From Bacillales bacterium (GTDB lineage: Bacteria; Bacillota_I; Bacilli_A; RFN20; CAG-449): a DNA stretch of 64,000 nt. Positions 1 to 10,962 of this stretch are shown here, piece by piece; position 1 is the stretch's first letter; each line of letters opens with the position of its first letter. The translations under genes and the position numbers were made by a program. The notes beneath the pieces were generated by a model. That model saw only the letters and a list, made by a program, of their open reading frames with translations. It was not told the origin of the DNA and did not search any database. The stretch spans positions 35,902-99,901 of the forward strand of contig JAQXGN010000020.1 in NCBI GenBank assembly GCA_029006735.1, written 5' to 3'.

Positions 1-1501
1 AATTGTTAACGAAATAAGATAATCCTACTAATGAAGAACCAATTACCACAATATAGAGTACTCCAAATAAAAGAGTTAATCCAACACATGCACTTTGTTT
101 AATTGGAATGATTTCATTCATCCAGTTAAGATTAACGTATTTAAGCCCAAGAACTAATCCAAGTAGAGCCATAAATAATTCAAACGAACACATTATTAAG
201 AAAGCAAATATTACATCAATCACATTTAATGAGAATGGAATAAGTAATGAAGTAGAGACAAATAATAATGGGACACTACATAAGATTAGTTGAACTAATA
301 GCTTTGCTAAAATAATCTTTTCTTTCTTTACTGGTAGAGTTTTTAAAATATAAAACTTGTTCCCTTCTAATGAGAATGATGGAGCCACAATGTCTACCAT
401 AGTAAGAATAAATAAGAATGTAACGGTGATGATCATTTGTGCAAAAGTCAAATTATTTGGAACAATTTGATTAAAAGCTTCAACCAAGAAATCTCCTTTA
501 ATAAATAACATTACTCCAGCGATAACTAAGAATAATAGGCCAATTCCACAATTCAACATATAATTAGGGCTAGAAACAAACTTACCAAATTCTTTATTTA
601 ATAATCCTGATAGTTCTGATTTAGCTTTATAGACATACCCTTTAGTTTGTCTTTTATAAGAATAACTAGCTTTAGTAGTTGCTACTTTAATAAAACTATG
701 TTTTAAAATAAACCAAATTGATAAGAAAATACCTCCGACAATCACACTTTCAATAAATATGAAAAGATAATTTCCTACCCCAATTTCTCCAAACATATAA
801 AATGGATATCCATAAGTTTTAATTGCTTCTGCAATTACACTACCATTTGAAATCAATTCAGCAAATATCACTTCTGCCTTAAATGCAATAAGATAATAAA
901 CTGCCATAAATGCAAGTAAGGCAATAACTGCTAAAATACTCTTGAATTTTAATTTAGAACTAATTTTTGCAACAACATATCCAAGTCCACAACACAATGA
1001 TAAAACAACTAGAGAAACTATTAATAATAAGAATATACAACCAATAATAGAATTAATTGTACAATTGCCAAAGATTAAATAAATAATAATTGAAGGAACA
1101 ATTACTACTCCTGAATACATTAATCCAATAAAATATACGCCTAATAATTTAGATAATAGAATCGTCTTTGGTGGAATTGGCATTGATAATAATAAATCAT
1201 TATCCTTTGCTAAATACAAAGATGAATAAGTATTGAATACCCCACCAAAAGAGCCAAGTAATATAGCAATCATTCCCATAAAAAGGAAATATAACCAATC
1301 TAATCCTTGACTGACTAGAGGTTGACATAAACTATAACTTAAAGAGAGAAACATCCCACCAAATAATCCACCAAGCAAGAAGACAAATAATAATATCCAT
1401 AGGATTGTTGAAGTTTTTGAACGAGGTTTGTTCTTCCGATAATCATAAAAATATGAACGGAAGATTTCACTCATTTGCTTTTTAAATAATAGAGATAACA
1501 T
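1..1501 (-). CDS. ABC exporter permease (multi-pass membrane protein); C-terminus cut by window edge
   Basis: Own minus-strand translation from ATG ~1499-1501 (MLSLLFKKQMSEIFRSYFYDYRKNKP...). It runs as hydrophobic helices with no stop down to position 1. The start is 5 nt after the ABC ATPase stop, consistent with coupling. It is absent from the ORF track because it is partial. Confidence 0.6.
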   Translation of the reverse strand, partial: MLSLLFKKQMSEIFRSYFYDYRKNKPRSKTSTILWILLFVFLLGGLFGGMFLSLSYSLCQPLVSQGLDWLYFLFMGMIAILLGSFGGVFNTYSSLYLAKDNDLLLSMPIPPKTILLSKLLGVYFIGLMYSGVVIVPSIIIYLIFGNCTINSIIGCIFLLLIVSLVVLSLCCGLGYVVAKISSKLKFKSILAVIALLAFMAVYYLIAFKAEVIFAELISNGSVIAEAIKTYGYPFYMFGEIGVGNYLFIFIESVIVGGIFLSIWFILKHSFIKVATTKASYSYKRQTKGYVYKAKSELSGLLNKEFGKFVSSPNYMLNCGIGLLFLVIAGVMLFIKGDFLVEAFNQIVPNNLTFAQMIITVTFLFILTMVDIVAPSFSLEGNKFYILKTLPVKKEKIILAKLLVQLILCSVPLLFVSTSLLIPFSLNVIDVIFAFLIMCSFELFMALLGLVLGLKYVNLNWMNEIIPIKQSACVGLTLLFGVLYIVVIGSSLVGLSYFVNN

Positions 1502-1508
1502 ATTTTAG

Positions 1509-2219
1509 TTACTCCTTATTTTCAAGTTCTAAGAAGACATCTTCTAAAGATGCATCGCCTTTTACTTCTTCAATTGTTCCAAAACTAATTAATCTTCCTT
1601 CTTTAATAATCGCAATCTTATCACATAATTTTTCTGCCACTTCTAAAACGTGAGTAGAAAAGAAAATTGATCCTCCATTAAGGCAAAATTCTTTCATCAT
1701 TTGTTTTAATAAATGTGAGGCTTTTGGATCTAATCCAACAAATGGTTCATCCATAACAATTAACTTTGGTTCATGAATCCATGCGGATATTAATGCTAAT
1801 TTTTGTTTCATACCATGTGAATATGAAGCAATTGGTTGAACCAATGCAGGATAAATTTCAAATGCTTTTGCATATTTTTCAATATTGTTTCTTCTTGTAG
1901 TTTCATCAATTTGATAGATATCTGCGATAAAATTTAAATATTTTATCCCTGTCATATAATCATATAAATCTGGATTATCTGGAATGTAGGCAATAATCCT
2001 TTTACATTCTAAAGGTTCTTTTTTTATTGAGCGACCATCAATAAAAATTTCTCCTTCTTCGAAATTTAATATACCTACGATTGATTTTAATGTCGTAGTT
2101 TTACCTGCGCCATTATGACCAATAAATCCATATACTTCACCTTTTTCAATGTGAATAGACAAATCATCTATTGCTCTTTTTACACCATATTTCTTTGTTA
2201 AATGTTCTATTTTAAGCAT
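1509..2219 (-). CDS. ABC transporter ATP-binding protein
   Basis: Walker A GHNGAGKTT, signature-like YSHGMKQKLAL, Walker B IVMDEPFVGLDP. The probable start is the internal MLKIEHLTKKYG, not the longer track ORF that overlaps the upstream gene. Confidence 0.9.
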   Translation of the reverse strand: MLKIEHLTKKYGVKRAIDDLSIHIEKGEVYGFIGHNGAGKTTTLKSIVGILNFEEGEIFIDGRSIKKEPLECKRIIAYIPDNPDLYDYMTGIKYLNFIADIYQIDETTRRNNIEKYAKAFEIYPALVQPIASYSHGMKQKLALISAWIHEPKLIVMDEPFVGLDPKASHLLKQMMKEFCLNGGSIFFSTHVLEVAEKLCDKIAIIKEGRLISFGTIEEVKGDASLEDVFLELENKE

Positions 2220-2592
2220 AAATTTCTCCTTTATTAAATATTTTAATTTCTCCTTTTGCTTCTTTATATTCAATTTTTATGTTATACATACCTTCTTTAG
2301 AGGTTACTAAGATAAAATCACCTTTATCTATTTTATTTCCTTTATATAAATATTCTTCATTTTCCATTCCAATAAGAATATCTACTTCTCCATCTTCAAT
2401 TTGATATTCTACTTTAATATGATCATTTTCTTTTAAAGATAAGACATGATTATCTTTATCTGTTAAATAATCAAACTTTAGATAATACTGATTATTATCT
2501 TTTATAGAGGATATAACTATATTCTTTTGAAATTGACAACTTATTAATAATAAACAAACAATTAGACTAAATAATTTATTAAATATTTTCAT
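2212..2592 (-). CDS. small lipoprotein, function unknown
   Basis: Signal peptide with lipobox LLISC, directly upstream of the ABC ATPase in the same operon. Confidence 0.5.
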   Translation of the reverse strand: MKIFNKLFSLIVCLLLISCQFQKNIVISSIKDNNQYYLKFDYLTDKDNHVLSLKENDHIKVEYQIEDGEVDILIGMENEEYLYKGNKIDKGDFILVTSKEGMYNIKIEYKEAKGEIKIFNKGEIYA

Positions 2593-2593
2593 A

Positions 2594-3223
2594 TTATTTC
2601 ATTCCGTCTTTTATTGAAGAGAAAATAGTTTCTTTATTGTAATTAAAATCAATAAATCCCGGTATCTCTTTAATACTCTTATATGTTGAAATACTATAAT
2701 TAGTAAATAATTTTGCTAATTCTTCATCATCATACGGATTACAATTATTAATACATAATGCAGCAATACCACATACCGTTAACCAAATAGAATTAAAGTA
2801 ATATTCTGCTTCTTCATAATTGATATAATAATTATTCATTAATATTGGAATTAATCTATTTTTTGTTTTTTCAATTAATACAATCGAACCTTGGTACTCT
2901 TCATCTTTTTTAGATAAAAATAAAGCTTTATATAGTTCTGGTTCATCATGAACAAATCGAATATACGCTTTCCCAAATCCTAAAAAAGGAATCCTTTCTT
3001 TTAGGCCCTCATTTACATATGAATCAAATATTTTTTCAGCAGCTAAGCGAATTTCTCTCTTTGCTTCATTCATTGTAGAAAAGCATGTAAATACTGGTTG
3101 AGTAGATACTCCTAACTCTTTAGCTATATCAACTGCTCTTACTTGATCAATACCTCTTACTCGAGTTACTCTAACTGCAGCATCAATAATCTGCTCTTTT
3201 TTAAACTTAAATTTTGGTGGCAT
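2594..3223 (-). CDS. TetR/AcrR family transcriptional regulator
   Basis: N-terminal TetR helix-turn-helix (IIDAAVRVTRVRGIDQVRAVDIAKELGVSTQPVFTCF); about 200 aa. Confidence 0.85.
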   Translation of the reverse strand: MPPKFKFKKEQIIDAAVRVTRVRGIDQVRAVDIAKELGVSTQPVFTCFSTMNEAKREIRLAAEKIFDSYVNEGLKERIPFLGFGKAYIRFVHDEPELYKALFLSKKDEEYQGSIVLIEKTKNRLIPILMNNYYINYEEAEYYFNSIWLTVCGIAALCINNCNPYDDEELAKLFTNYSISTYKSIKEIPGFIDFNYNKETIFSSIKDGMK

Positions 3224-3326
3224 ATATTTCTCCTTTGATATATAGTCATTGATATATATTGATGAATATATTATAACTCATAAAATAAATAATCAATATA
3301 AAAAATTTTTTTATAAAACAATATAT

Positions 3327-4223
3327 TTATAAGCTAAATATCGTAATCACAGTGATTCCTAGAAGCAATAAAACTAGACCAAAAATCGCTTTTTTTGTAA
3401 ATTTTTCTTTTAATATAATTAATGAAAATAACATCGTTAAAAGAATAGAAAATTTACCAATTGAATTAACCGCGATTGGATTAGAATTTACCATATTTAA
3501 TGCTTCATATTCACAAAGCCATACTCCACCTGTAGAAAGGCCTGATAAAGTTAAAAATATCCAGGATTTTGGGGAAATTCTTGTTACATCTTTATAATCT
3601 TTTTTGATTAATACTATTGCACTAGCAAAGATAAAAACAATAATTGTTCTTATTAAAGTTCCTAAAGAAGAATCAATATTTTTTAATCCTAATTTTATAA
3701 AGAAAGATACTAACGCTGCAAATACGGAACTTAATATAGCATATAATAACCAAGTTTTAGAAATCTCTTGCCCGCCTTGTTTTTTTTCAATCATTAAAAA
3801 AGTGCCTAGTCCAATTAAAATAATTGATACCACTAGCATGCTTATTGTTAAAGGATCACCACTATTAGTAGTATCATCGAAAAAGAAAATAACAAATAGG
3901 ATACTACTTAAAATAAAACTTGATTTATCGATTGGTACAACCTTATTTACATCACCTAATTTTAATGCTTTATAATAACATAACCAAGATAATCCAGTTA
4001 CAATTCCAGATAAGATTAAAAAGATCCAATTAAACGTATTTAAAGAAGGGAAACTTGATAAACTTCCCTTAATTAGACAAATAATTAACGAGCAAAAAAC
4101 AACAATTAATGTTCGATAGCCAGTTGCAAAATTAGAATTTACATCCTTTATACCTATTTTTGATAAAATTGTTGTTAATGAGGTAAATAAAGCTGCTAAT
4201 AAAGCGACAATAATCCATTCCAT
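3327..4223 (-). CDS. EamA/DMT superfamily transporter
   Basis: Ten predicted TM helices with a duplicated EamA-like architecture (MEWIIVALLAALFTSLTTILSKIG...). Confidence 0.8.
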   Translation of the reverse strand: MEWIIVALLAALFTSLTTILSKIGIKDVNSNFATGYRTLIVVFCSLIICLIKGSLSSFPSLNTFNWIFLILSGIVTGLSWLCYYKALKLGDVNKVVPIDKSSFILSSILFVIFFFDDTTNSGDPLTISMLVVSIILIGLGTFLMIEKKQGGQEISKTWLLYAILSSVFAALVSFFIKLGLKNIDSSLGTLIRTIIVFIFASAIVLIKKDYKDVTRISPKSWIFLTLSGLSTGGVWLCEYEALNMVNSNPIAVNSIGKFSILLTMLFSLIILKEKFTKKAIFGLVLLLLGITVITIFSL

Positions 4224-4234
4224 AAATACTATCC

Positions 4235-5905
4235 CTAAAATCCAATAATGAATTCAGCCCCCTCATCTAATGAAGAATTAACTTCAATCTTTATATTATT
4301 ATTCATACAAATATGTTTTACAATTGCAAGACCAAGTCCTGTTCCACCTAATTCTTTTGATTTTGCTTTATCTACTCGATAAAACCTTTCAAAAATACGT
4401 TCTTGATTTTCCAAAGATATTCCAATACCTGTATCTTTAATCGAAAATGTGCGATTTTCTTTATTTAAAGTTAATACAATAGAACCATTATCTTTATTGT
4501 ATTTTATCGCATTATCGATTAAATTACGAATAATATGATACAATTCTTCTATATTCATAATAACAGTAAAATTATCATAATTTTTAATAATAGAAATCTT
4601 CCTTTTTTTAATAATTGGTTCATATGCTTCTAATATACTATCAATAGAAGAAGCTAAAGATAATTCCTTTTTCTCAACATTAATATCCATTTCTAGTTTT
4701 GATAAATCCAACATTTCAATAATGATTTGGTTCATTCTAGTTGCTTCTTTTATTGTTTTATTAGTTGCATCTAATAATTCTTTGGGTTCTGTAATAATTC
4801 CTTCTGAAATCATTTGCTGATAACCAATTATTGTAGTTAATGGACTTTTTAATTCATGAGAAGCATTCGCGAAGAAATCTAGTTTCACTTTTTCCAAACG
4901 TTTGGATTCCGTGACATCATAAATAAATAACGCTACACCAAATCTATTACCTTCCATGACGAAATCCGAATTAAGAGAAGATATATTGATGACATAATAT
5001 TTTCCTTCTTTACAATAAGAGATTTGAAAATCTGATTCTTTATCGATTGCTTTTTCAATTAATTCAACAATATTTTTTTCTTTAAAAGCATAATTAAATG
5101 ATTTATTTAAAAGATCCATGCCTTGTAAATCTAAAACTTTTAAAGCAAAATTATTAATTATGTTAATCTTTCCTTCTCCATTAAGAATTACAATACCATT
5201 ATTCATATTATCAATAATATAATTAAGTTTTGATGATTCCATTTTTATCATCTGCATATTTGAATCAATAACTTTTCTGACTCCTTCAATTTGATTAGAC
5301 AATTCAATTACATCATCTCCACTATAAGTCAGATCAGTATTTGTAATCTTTGATAAGTTATATACTTCTTTTTTTAATGGTTTAGCAATCAATTTAGATT
5401 CTAAAAGAATAAATCCAAAAAAGACGATACAAATTAATACGCTACCAATTAAAGAAAAAGTAGTAAATTTATTCACGATATCAGATACATACGATTCTTT
5501 TAAAGAAATACGAATATATGTATTAGTATTTTCATCAAAAGATGCAAGATAATACATTCTTTCATTAGTAGTTTCTGAATATCTTTTTTCTATTGTGCCT
5601 AAAGAAACAATTTCTGGACGATCTAAATGATTTTCTTCACTAGTTTTAGTTGTATCAAATAGTACGTTACCCTCTTTAGAAATAAAAGTAATTCTCAGAT
5701 TAACATTTGAAGAAACAAACTTATTGCCGACTTCTTCCATATTTGTTCCATCATAATCTTTTTCAACTAAAGAGAGATAATTACATATTGAATTAGAAGT
5801 ATTTCTCTCGTTCAAATAAGAAACCATACTAATAGAAGAAATCAAAAATATAATTAATGTGAATAATAATACTACTGAATTTATAAAAATATATTTTTTT
5901 CTCAT
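4235..5905 (-). CDS. sensor histidine kinase, PhoR-like (TM, PAS, HisKA, HATPase)
   Basis: N-terminal TM and extracellular segment, then a PAS-like region. H-box FFANASHELKSPLT and C-terminal GGTGLGLAIVK ATPase motifs are present. Confidence 0.85.
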   Translation of the reverse strand: MRKKYIFINSVVLLFTLIIFLISSISMVSYLNERNTSNSICNYLSLVEKDYDGTNMEEVGNKFVSSNVNLRITFISKEGNVLFDTTKTSEENHLDRPEIVSLGTIEKRYSETTNERMYYLASFDENTNTYIRISLKESYVSDIVNKFTTFSLIGSVLICIVFFGFILLESKLIAKPLKKEVYNLSKITNTDLTYSGDDVIELSNQIEGVRKVIDSNMQMIKMESSKLNYIIDNMNNGIVILNGEGKINIINNFALKVLDLQGMDLLNKSFNYAFKEKNIVELIEKAIDKESDFQISYCKEGKYYVINISSLNSDFVMEGNRFGVALFIYDVTESKRLEKVKLDFFANASHELKSPLTTIIGYQQMISEGIITEPKELLDATNKTIKEATRMNQIIIEMLDLSKLEMDINVEKKELSLASSIDSILEAYEPIIKKRKISIIKNYDNFTVIMNIEELYHIIRNLIDNAIKYNKDNGSIVLTLNKENRTFSIKDTGIGISLENQERIFERFYRVDKAKSKELGGTGLGLAIVKHICMNNNIKIEVNSSLDEGAEFIIGF

Positions 5906-6564
5906 ACAATTTTATATCCTATTCCATATATTGTTTCAATTAATGACTCATTACCAATTTTCTTTCTCAATGACTTAATATGCATATCGATTGTTCTAGT
6001 TTGTAAATCATCATTTTCACCCCATATATGACTTAAAATTTCATCTCGTGATACAACTCTTCCATTTGCTTTTATAAGTAATTCAAGAATATCAAACTCT
6101 TTAACAGTTAAATGTAATTCCTTATCTAAGTAAAAAGCTTTATGATACTCTTTATCAATAGAAACTCCATTATATGTTAAGTAGTTATTTTTCTTAATTC
6201 TTCTAAATTTAGAATTAACTCGTGACATTAACTCTAATATATTAAATGGCTTTTCAATATAATCATCCGCACCAAAATCAAGTCCATCTACTTTATCAAC
6301 CATCATTCTTCTTGCCGAGATAACAATGATATAAACATCATCATATTTTGTTTGTTTTCTTATTTTTTTCAAAATCTCTATGCCATCATAATCTGGTAAC
6401 ATCATATCTAAAAGTATCATATCTGGCTTTTGCTTTTCTAATTCTAAAAAAAAGCTAGTTCCATCATAAAAAGATATAACATTGTAACCTTGCTTTGATA
6501 AAGTCATATTAATAATACGAGAAATATCTTTATCATCTTCAATTGAATAAATTAAACCTTTCAT
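5902..6564 (-). CDS. OmpR-family response regulator
   Basis: Receiver domain (ILLDMMLPDYDGIE) plus C-terminal winged helix (LTVKEFDILELL...GYKIV). Overlaps the kinase gene by 4 nt. Confidence 0.9.
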   Translation of the reverse strand: MKGLIYSIEDDKDISRIINMTLSKQGYNVISFYDGTSFFLELEKQKPDMILLDMMLPDYDGIEILKKIRKQTKYDDVYIIVISARRMMVDKVDGLDFGADDYIEKPFNILELMSRVNSKFRRIKKNNYLTYNGVSIDKEYHKAFYLDKELHLTVKEFDILELLIKANGRVVSRDEILSHIWGENDDLQTRTIDMHIKSLRKKIGNESLIETIYGIGYKIV

Positions 6565-8202
6565 TTAAATTTTCTCCATTTCTTGATTACCTAGTAGGTT
6601 AATAATACTATAACCAATGTTTACTAAGTGGTCACCAACACGCTCGATATTAGAAATAATCGTTGTGTAACATGATGTTAATTCTATTTTACATGCATCT
6701 GCTATTACTCTAGAGAAATGTTTTTTCGCCATCTCTTCTTTCATATTATCGGTCTTTTCTTCTAATTTATCAAGATAAGGCAAAGCAGCACGATTATCAA
6801 ATTCAAATATATTAATACTGATTTTCGCCATCTCTATAACATTAGAGAACATCACATTTAATTCTTCTTTTGCAGTTTGAGAAAAAGCAAGCTGTTCTCT
6901 CTCCATTTCTTTATACATTTTAACAATGTTTATCGCATGATCACCAATTCTTTCAATATCGTTAATAACATGGAAATACGCACCTATATTTTTCTCTATC
7001 TCAATTGGTGCTTGGGAAGATAAATCAACTAAATATTTTGCAATTTCATTGTTTATATAATCAATATCTTCTTCAGTTTTTAATATTTTATCAATATCAC
7101 TTTTTTTACCGTTAATTAATTGAAATGCATCATTTAGATTATTAATAGAAAGATTATACATATTAATTATTTCTTTTTTAACTTGATTTGAAGCGATTAA
7201 AGGTGTGACTAATAAATGAGAATCAATATATTTAAGAACATTATTTCTTTTTATTGAACGATTTTTAATGATTAGTTGAGATAAAAAGACTAACCATTTA
7301 ATAAAAGGCAATAAAAGGATTGAAGTAGAAACATTAAATACGACATGGAACAAAGCAATCTTAAATTCAATAGCAATATTGATACTATCAAACAAATTAA
7401 TAATCGGATTTTTAAATATTAATAAAATAATAGTAAATATCAATGTTCCAATAACATTAAACATTAAATGAATAAGACTTGCTCTTTTAGCGTTTTCCGA
7501 AGTACCAATAGAAGATATCAATGCAGTTACACATGTTCCAATATTAGTTCCTAAAATAATAAATAAACTAGATTCAATACTTAATATTCCTCCTCCAGCA
7601 AGTACAATTACAATACCTGTCATCGCACTAGAAGATTGAATTAATGCAGTAAAAGCTATACCTATTAATATTAATAATAATGGAAAATTAACTTTAGATA
7701 TTATATCCATGAAATAAGTAATTACTTCTTGATTATTAAACGCGCTGCTCATTAACTCCAAGCCAATAAAAATCAAACCAATTCCAGTAAATATTTGACC
7801 GATATTTTTTATGATACTCTTTTTAAAAAACATCATCATTACACCAATAAACGCTAGAATTGAAATATACTGACTTAATTTAAAACTTGAAAAAGAGGCA
7901 ATAATACCGGTAATTGTTGTACCAATATTTGCCCCCATAATAATACTTGTCGCTTGAAATAATGTGATAATTCCAGCATTAACTAAGCCAATAACCATCA
8001 CTGTTGTCGCACTAGAAGATTGAATTATCGCAGTTACTCCTGCTCCAATTCCCACTCCTAAAATACGATTATTGCTAACTTTATCTAAAATTCTTTTCAC
8101 GCCTTCTCCACAAGCAGATTCTAAAGCATGTGAAAGCATATTCATACCCGCGATGAATACACCAACTCCAGTAAGTAATGCCAAAATACATGTTATTATC
8201 AT
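6565..8202 (-). CDS. Na/Pi cotransporter family protein with C-terminal PhoU-like repeats
   Basis: N-terminal NptA-type membrane domain. C-terminal duplicated PhoU motifs (IERIGDHAINI and IERVGDHLVNI). Confidence 0.8.
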   Translation of the reverse strand: MIITCILALLTGVGVFIAGMNMLSHALESACGEGVKRILDKVSNNRILGVGIGAGVTAIIQSSSATTVMVIGLVNAGIITLFQATSIIMGANIGTTITGIIASFSSFKLSQYISILAFIGVMMMFFKKSIIKNIGQIFTGIGLIFIGLELMSSAFNNQEVITYFMDIISKVNFPLLLILIGIAFTALIQSSSAMTGIVIVLAGGGILSIESSLFIILGTNIGTCVTALISSIGTSENAKRASLIHLMFNVIGTLIFTIILLIFKNPIINLFDSINIAIEFKIALFHVVFNVSTSILLLPFIKWLVFLSQLIIKNRSIKRNNVLKYIDSHLLVTPLIASNQVKKEIINMYNLSINNLNDAFQLINGKKSDIDKILKTEEDIDYINNEIAKYLVDLSSQAPIEIEKNIGAYFHVINDIERIGDHAINIVKMYKEMEREQLAFSQTAKEELNVMFSNVIEMAKISINIFEFDNRAALPYLDKLEEKTDNMKEEMAKKHFSRVIADACKIELTSCYTTIISNIERVGDHLVNIGYSIINLLGNQEMEKI

Positions 8203-8571
8203 TTTTCTTCCTCACTTTCAAAATGATATTAACATACATAATTTTTACATTTGTGATGAAGAAATATATAGATTGTAAAAAACTTGTAAAAAATATTATT
8301 ATATTATTCTAAAATAATAGAAAAAACACTATCCCCTATAATTCTTTGCTTGTTCCATAAATAATTTATAGTACAAACTATCTTCATTTTTCATTATTCC
8401 CTTTAATAAGTGAAATTTTATCATTATAAAAAATATATACAAGCAATTATTAGTTGCATATCTATCATTTTAGTTTACATCCATATGTTTTATATATTAT
8501 ATCTTTTCACAAAATAAAAAATGACTAATATAATTATAAATATTAGCCATTATTTCTAGATAGATTATTGT

Positions 8572-9600
8572 TTACCACTTATTATGAACTTTTTCAATAA
8601 AACCGAATAAATCGTTAAAATTATAATATTTATTATCATATTTGACTCTTCCTGAAAAATAGCCAAACATTTGATTTGTTAATTGTTTAATAAAAATAGC
8701 GTTTATATCAACATGACGATTAAAAATAGGAGTAAACTCAATATATAATTCATCATCAACTAATGATGTGATAATTATCTTTCCTTGAGGGTTTAATTTT
8801 TTATTTATATAAGAAAATTGAATATCTACTTGATTTAATTTATAAGCTTTATCATTCAAGAAAAACATATTTTCTGAAGAATTAGAAGTATCACCAAAGC
8901 CATTTCCAATATTGAATCCAATATAATCACCATTATATTTTGCATTAATGGAACACCAATTCCAGGTATTATCATAAGTCCAGACACCTCTTCCCCAATC
9001 TAATACCCCCATAAAATCATTTTTATCATTTAGATTTACACTACCTAAATTAACATTTCCTTCCACTTTAAAATTATTGATTTTTTGATTGTAATAAAAA
9101 TGTCTCTTCTTAAAAAAAGGCGTAGAAATAACCATTGAATCATTACATGTTTTTGTTAATATTACATCAACATCAAGTGGAGTATTATCAATCACATTAT
9201 CACAATGAACAATGACTCTTCTTTTCTTATCATCCATTATCTTTAATTCTATTGAATCATTTTTATTTTTATATAGATAACTAGAAGAAGAATCTTTAGG
9301 AAGGTTCATTTTACCACATGGAAAAAGTAATAACTTTGACTTATCAATCAATTGTTTTTTTGTGAAATCAAAATACACTATGCCGAATTGACCGATATAT
9401 TGTAAATCACCAATAACTAGTGCGACTGCATGTTTATCATTACCGAAATAGTAATAATCCCACTCTTTCAATTTGATTTTGTGTTTTTTTATTACTTCCT
9501 TATTCCATTTTTTTACTAATGAAGTGGAATAACCTGCTTCAATTAATTCACCACTTGAAGAAAGTAAATCGCCTTCAGATAAAACATGTTCATTATTCAT
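8572..9600 (-). CDS. hypothetical protein (possibly DUF2804-like)
   Basis: Intact 342-aa ORF with no recognisable catalytic motif. The family assignment rests on weak recollection only. Confidence 0.45.
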   Translation of the reverse strand: MNNEHVLSEGDLLSSSGELIEAGYSTSLVKKWNKEVIKKHKIKLKEWDYYYFGNDKHAVALVIGDLQYIGQFGIVYFDFTKKQLIDKSKLLLFPCGKMNLPKDSSSSYLYKNKNDSIELKIMDDKKRRVIVHCDNVIDNTPLDVDVILTKTCNDSMVISTPFFKKRHFYYNQKINNFKVEGNVNLGSVNLNDKNDFMGVLDWGRGVWTYDNTWNWCSINAKYNGDYIGFNIGNGFGDTSNSSENMFFLNDKAYKLNQVDIQFSYINKKLNPQGKIIITSLVDDELYIEFTPIFNRHVDINAIFIKQLTNQMFGYFSGRVKYDNKYYNFNDLFGFIEKVHNKW

Positions 9601-9672
9601 ATCGTATATCTCCTAAATATACTTTTATTGTAAATCTATTTATTAATTAATCCAAGATGGTAATTTTTACCC

Positions 9673-10962
9673 TTATTTAATCTTAATATTCTTTTGTGCT
9701 GGTCCATCTAATACTTTCCCATTCATATCAAATCTAGATCCATGACATGGACACTCATATGTTCCATCTATTTTATTATGTTTCAGAGCACACCCCATAT
9801 GGCTACAACGATTTGTTTTTATATTAATTAAACTAATAATAGTAATAACCAATGAAGATAATAACTTTCTATGAAATATGCTTCTTGAAGGAGATAATAA
9901 ATAATGGTTTTCTTTTTGTTTTCCTTCTATCATGTCAATAAGCATTTTGCTTGAAGTCATCGCCCAAGTAAAACCATATAAATTAAATCCTGTTGCTACA
10001 TACCAATTATCATGAGTATTACTAAATCGACCAATATATGGTAATTGATCTAAACTTATACAATCTTGATTACTCCAATAAACAATGATTTCTTCATCTT
10101 TATATTTCTTTTTCATTTTATTATAAAAACTATTTTCACAATCTTTATTAGTTAAACGATCATTTCCTCCAACAAGTGTATATTCTTTATATGGACGATA
10201 ATATAAGCCATTATCATCAATATTAATATATAATTGATTGATTTTTTTATTGATTGTTACTACATATGATCTTTTTTGTCTAAGTTTCATAAAATAGAAT
10301 CCTTTTTTATTAACTAAAGGATAATTTGTTGCGATTATGACTTGACTAAAAAAGATATTATATCCATTACATATTGCTTTATTATTTTCAATTTTAGTGA
10401 CTTCACTATGTTCAAATATATTTAATTCTTTAGCTAAAGAATCAATTAATTTCAATGGATTAATGATTGCTTGATTACTAATCTTAATCGCTTCAATATA
10501 ATCATCATCTATTTCTAAATTATTCGCGAATTTGATTTCAACATCTAATGATTCTAATGCTCTTTTTTCGTTAATGATTTTATCTTTATTCATCGAATAG
10601 ATAAATAAATCTTTTTTCTCATAATCAAAATCATAAAGGTGCGATAATTTTTCATAATCTTTCATCGCATTTTTACATAATTCTATATAATCCTTTGTCT
10701 TTTTTAATCCAAGTTTTTTTATCATTTCATAATAGGAAAAATCATGAATAAAACTAATAATGGCAGTTGTATTTTTACTAATTCCACTTCCAATATAATT
10801 CTTCTCTACTAATATATAATCAATATTTCTTTTTTTTAATTCATAGGCACATAAAATTCCACAAATTCCTCCACCAATAACTAATACTTTTGTTTTATAT
10901 TCTTTTTTTATCGAAGGAAAATGTATTTTATCTCGATATTCTTCCCATATAGAGATTTCCAT
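9673..10962 (-). CDS. FAD-dependent oxidoreductase fused to a C-terminal Rieske [2Fe-2S] domain (YhfW-like)
   Basis: N-terminal GxGxxG (VLVIGGGICGILCAYEL). C-terminal Rieske motif CSHMGC...CPCHGSRF. Confidence 0.75.
   Translation of the reverse strand: MEISIWEEYRDKIHFPSIKKEYKTKVLVIGGGICGILCAYELKKRNIDYILVEKNYIGSGISKNTTAIISFIHDFSYYEMIKKLGLKKTKDYIELCKNAMKDYEKLSHLYDFDYEKKDLFIYSMNKDKIINEKRALESLDVEIKFANNLEIDDDYIEAIKISNQAIINPLKLIDSLAKELNIFEHSEVTKIENNKAICNGYNIFFSQVIIATNYPLVNKKGFYFMKLRQKRSYVVTINKKINQLYINIDDNGLYYRPYKEYTLVGGNDRLTNKDCENSFYNKMKKKYKDEEIIVYWSNQDCISLDQLPYIGRFSNTHDNWYVATGFNLYGFTWAMTSSKMLIDMIEGKQKENHYLLSPSRSIFHRKLLSSLVITIISLINIKTNRCSHMGCALKHNKIDGTYECPCHGSRFDMNGKVLDGPAQKNIKIK

Noticed and set aside
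108-293. 61-aa plus-strand ORF
   Set aside because: Antisense to the partial ABC permease.
3352-3975. Two plus-strand ORFs (81 and 123 aa) inside the EamA gene
   Set aside because: Antisense to a well-supported membrane protein gene, no RBS, low-complexity translation.
8072-8278. 68-aa plus-strand ORF
   Set aside because: Antisense to the NptA 5' end.
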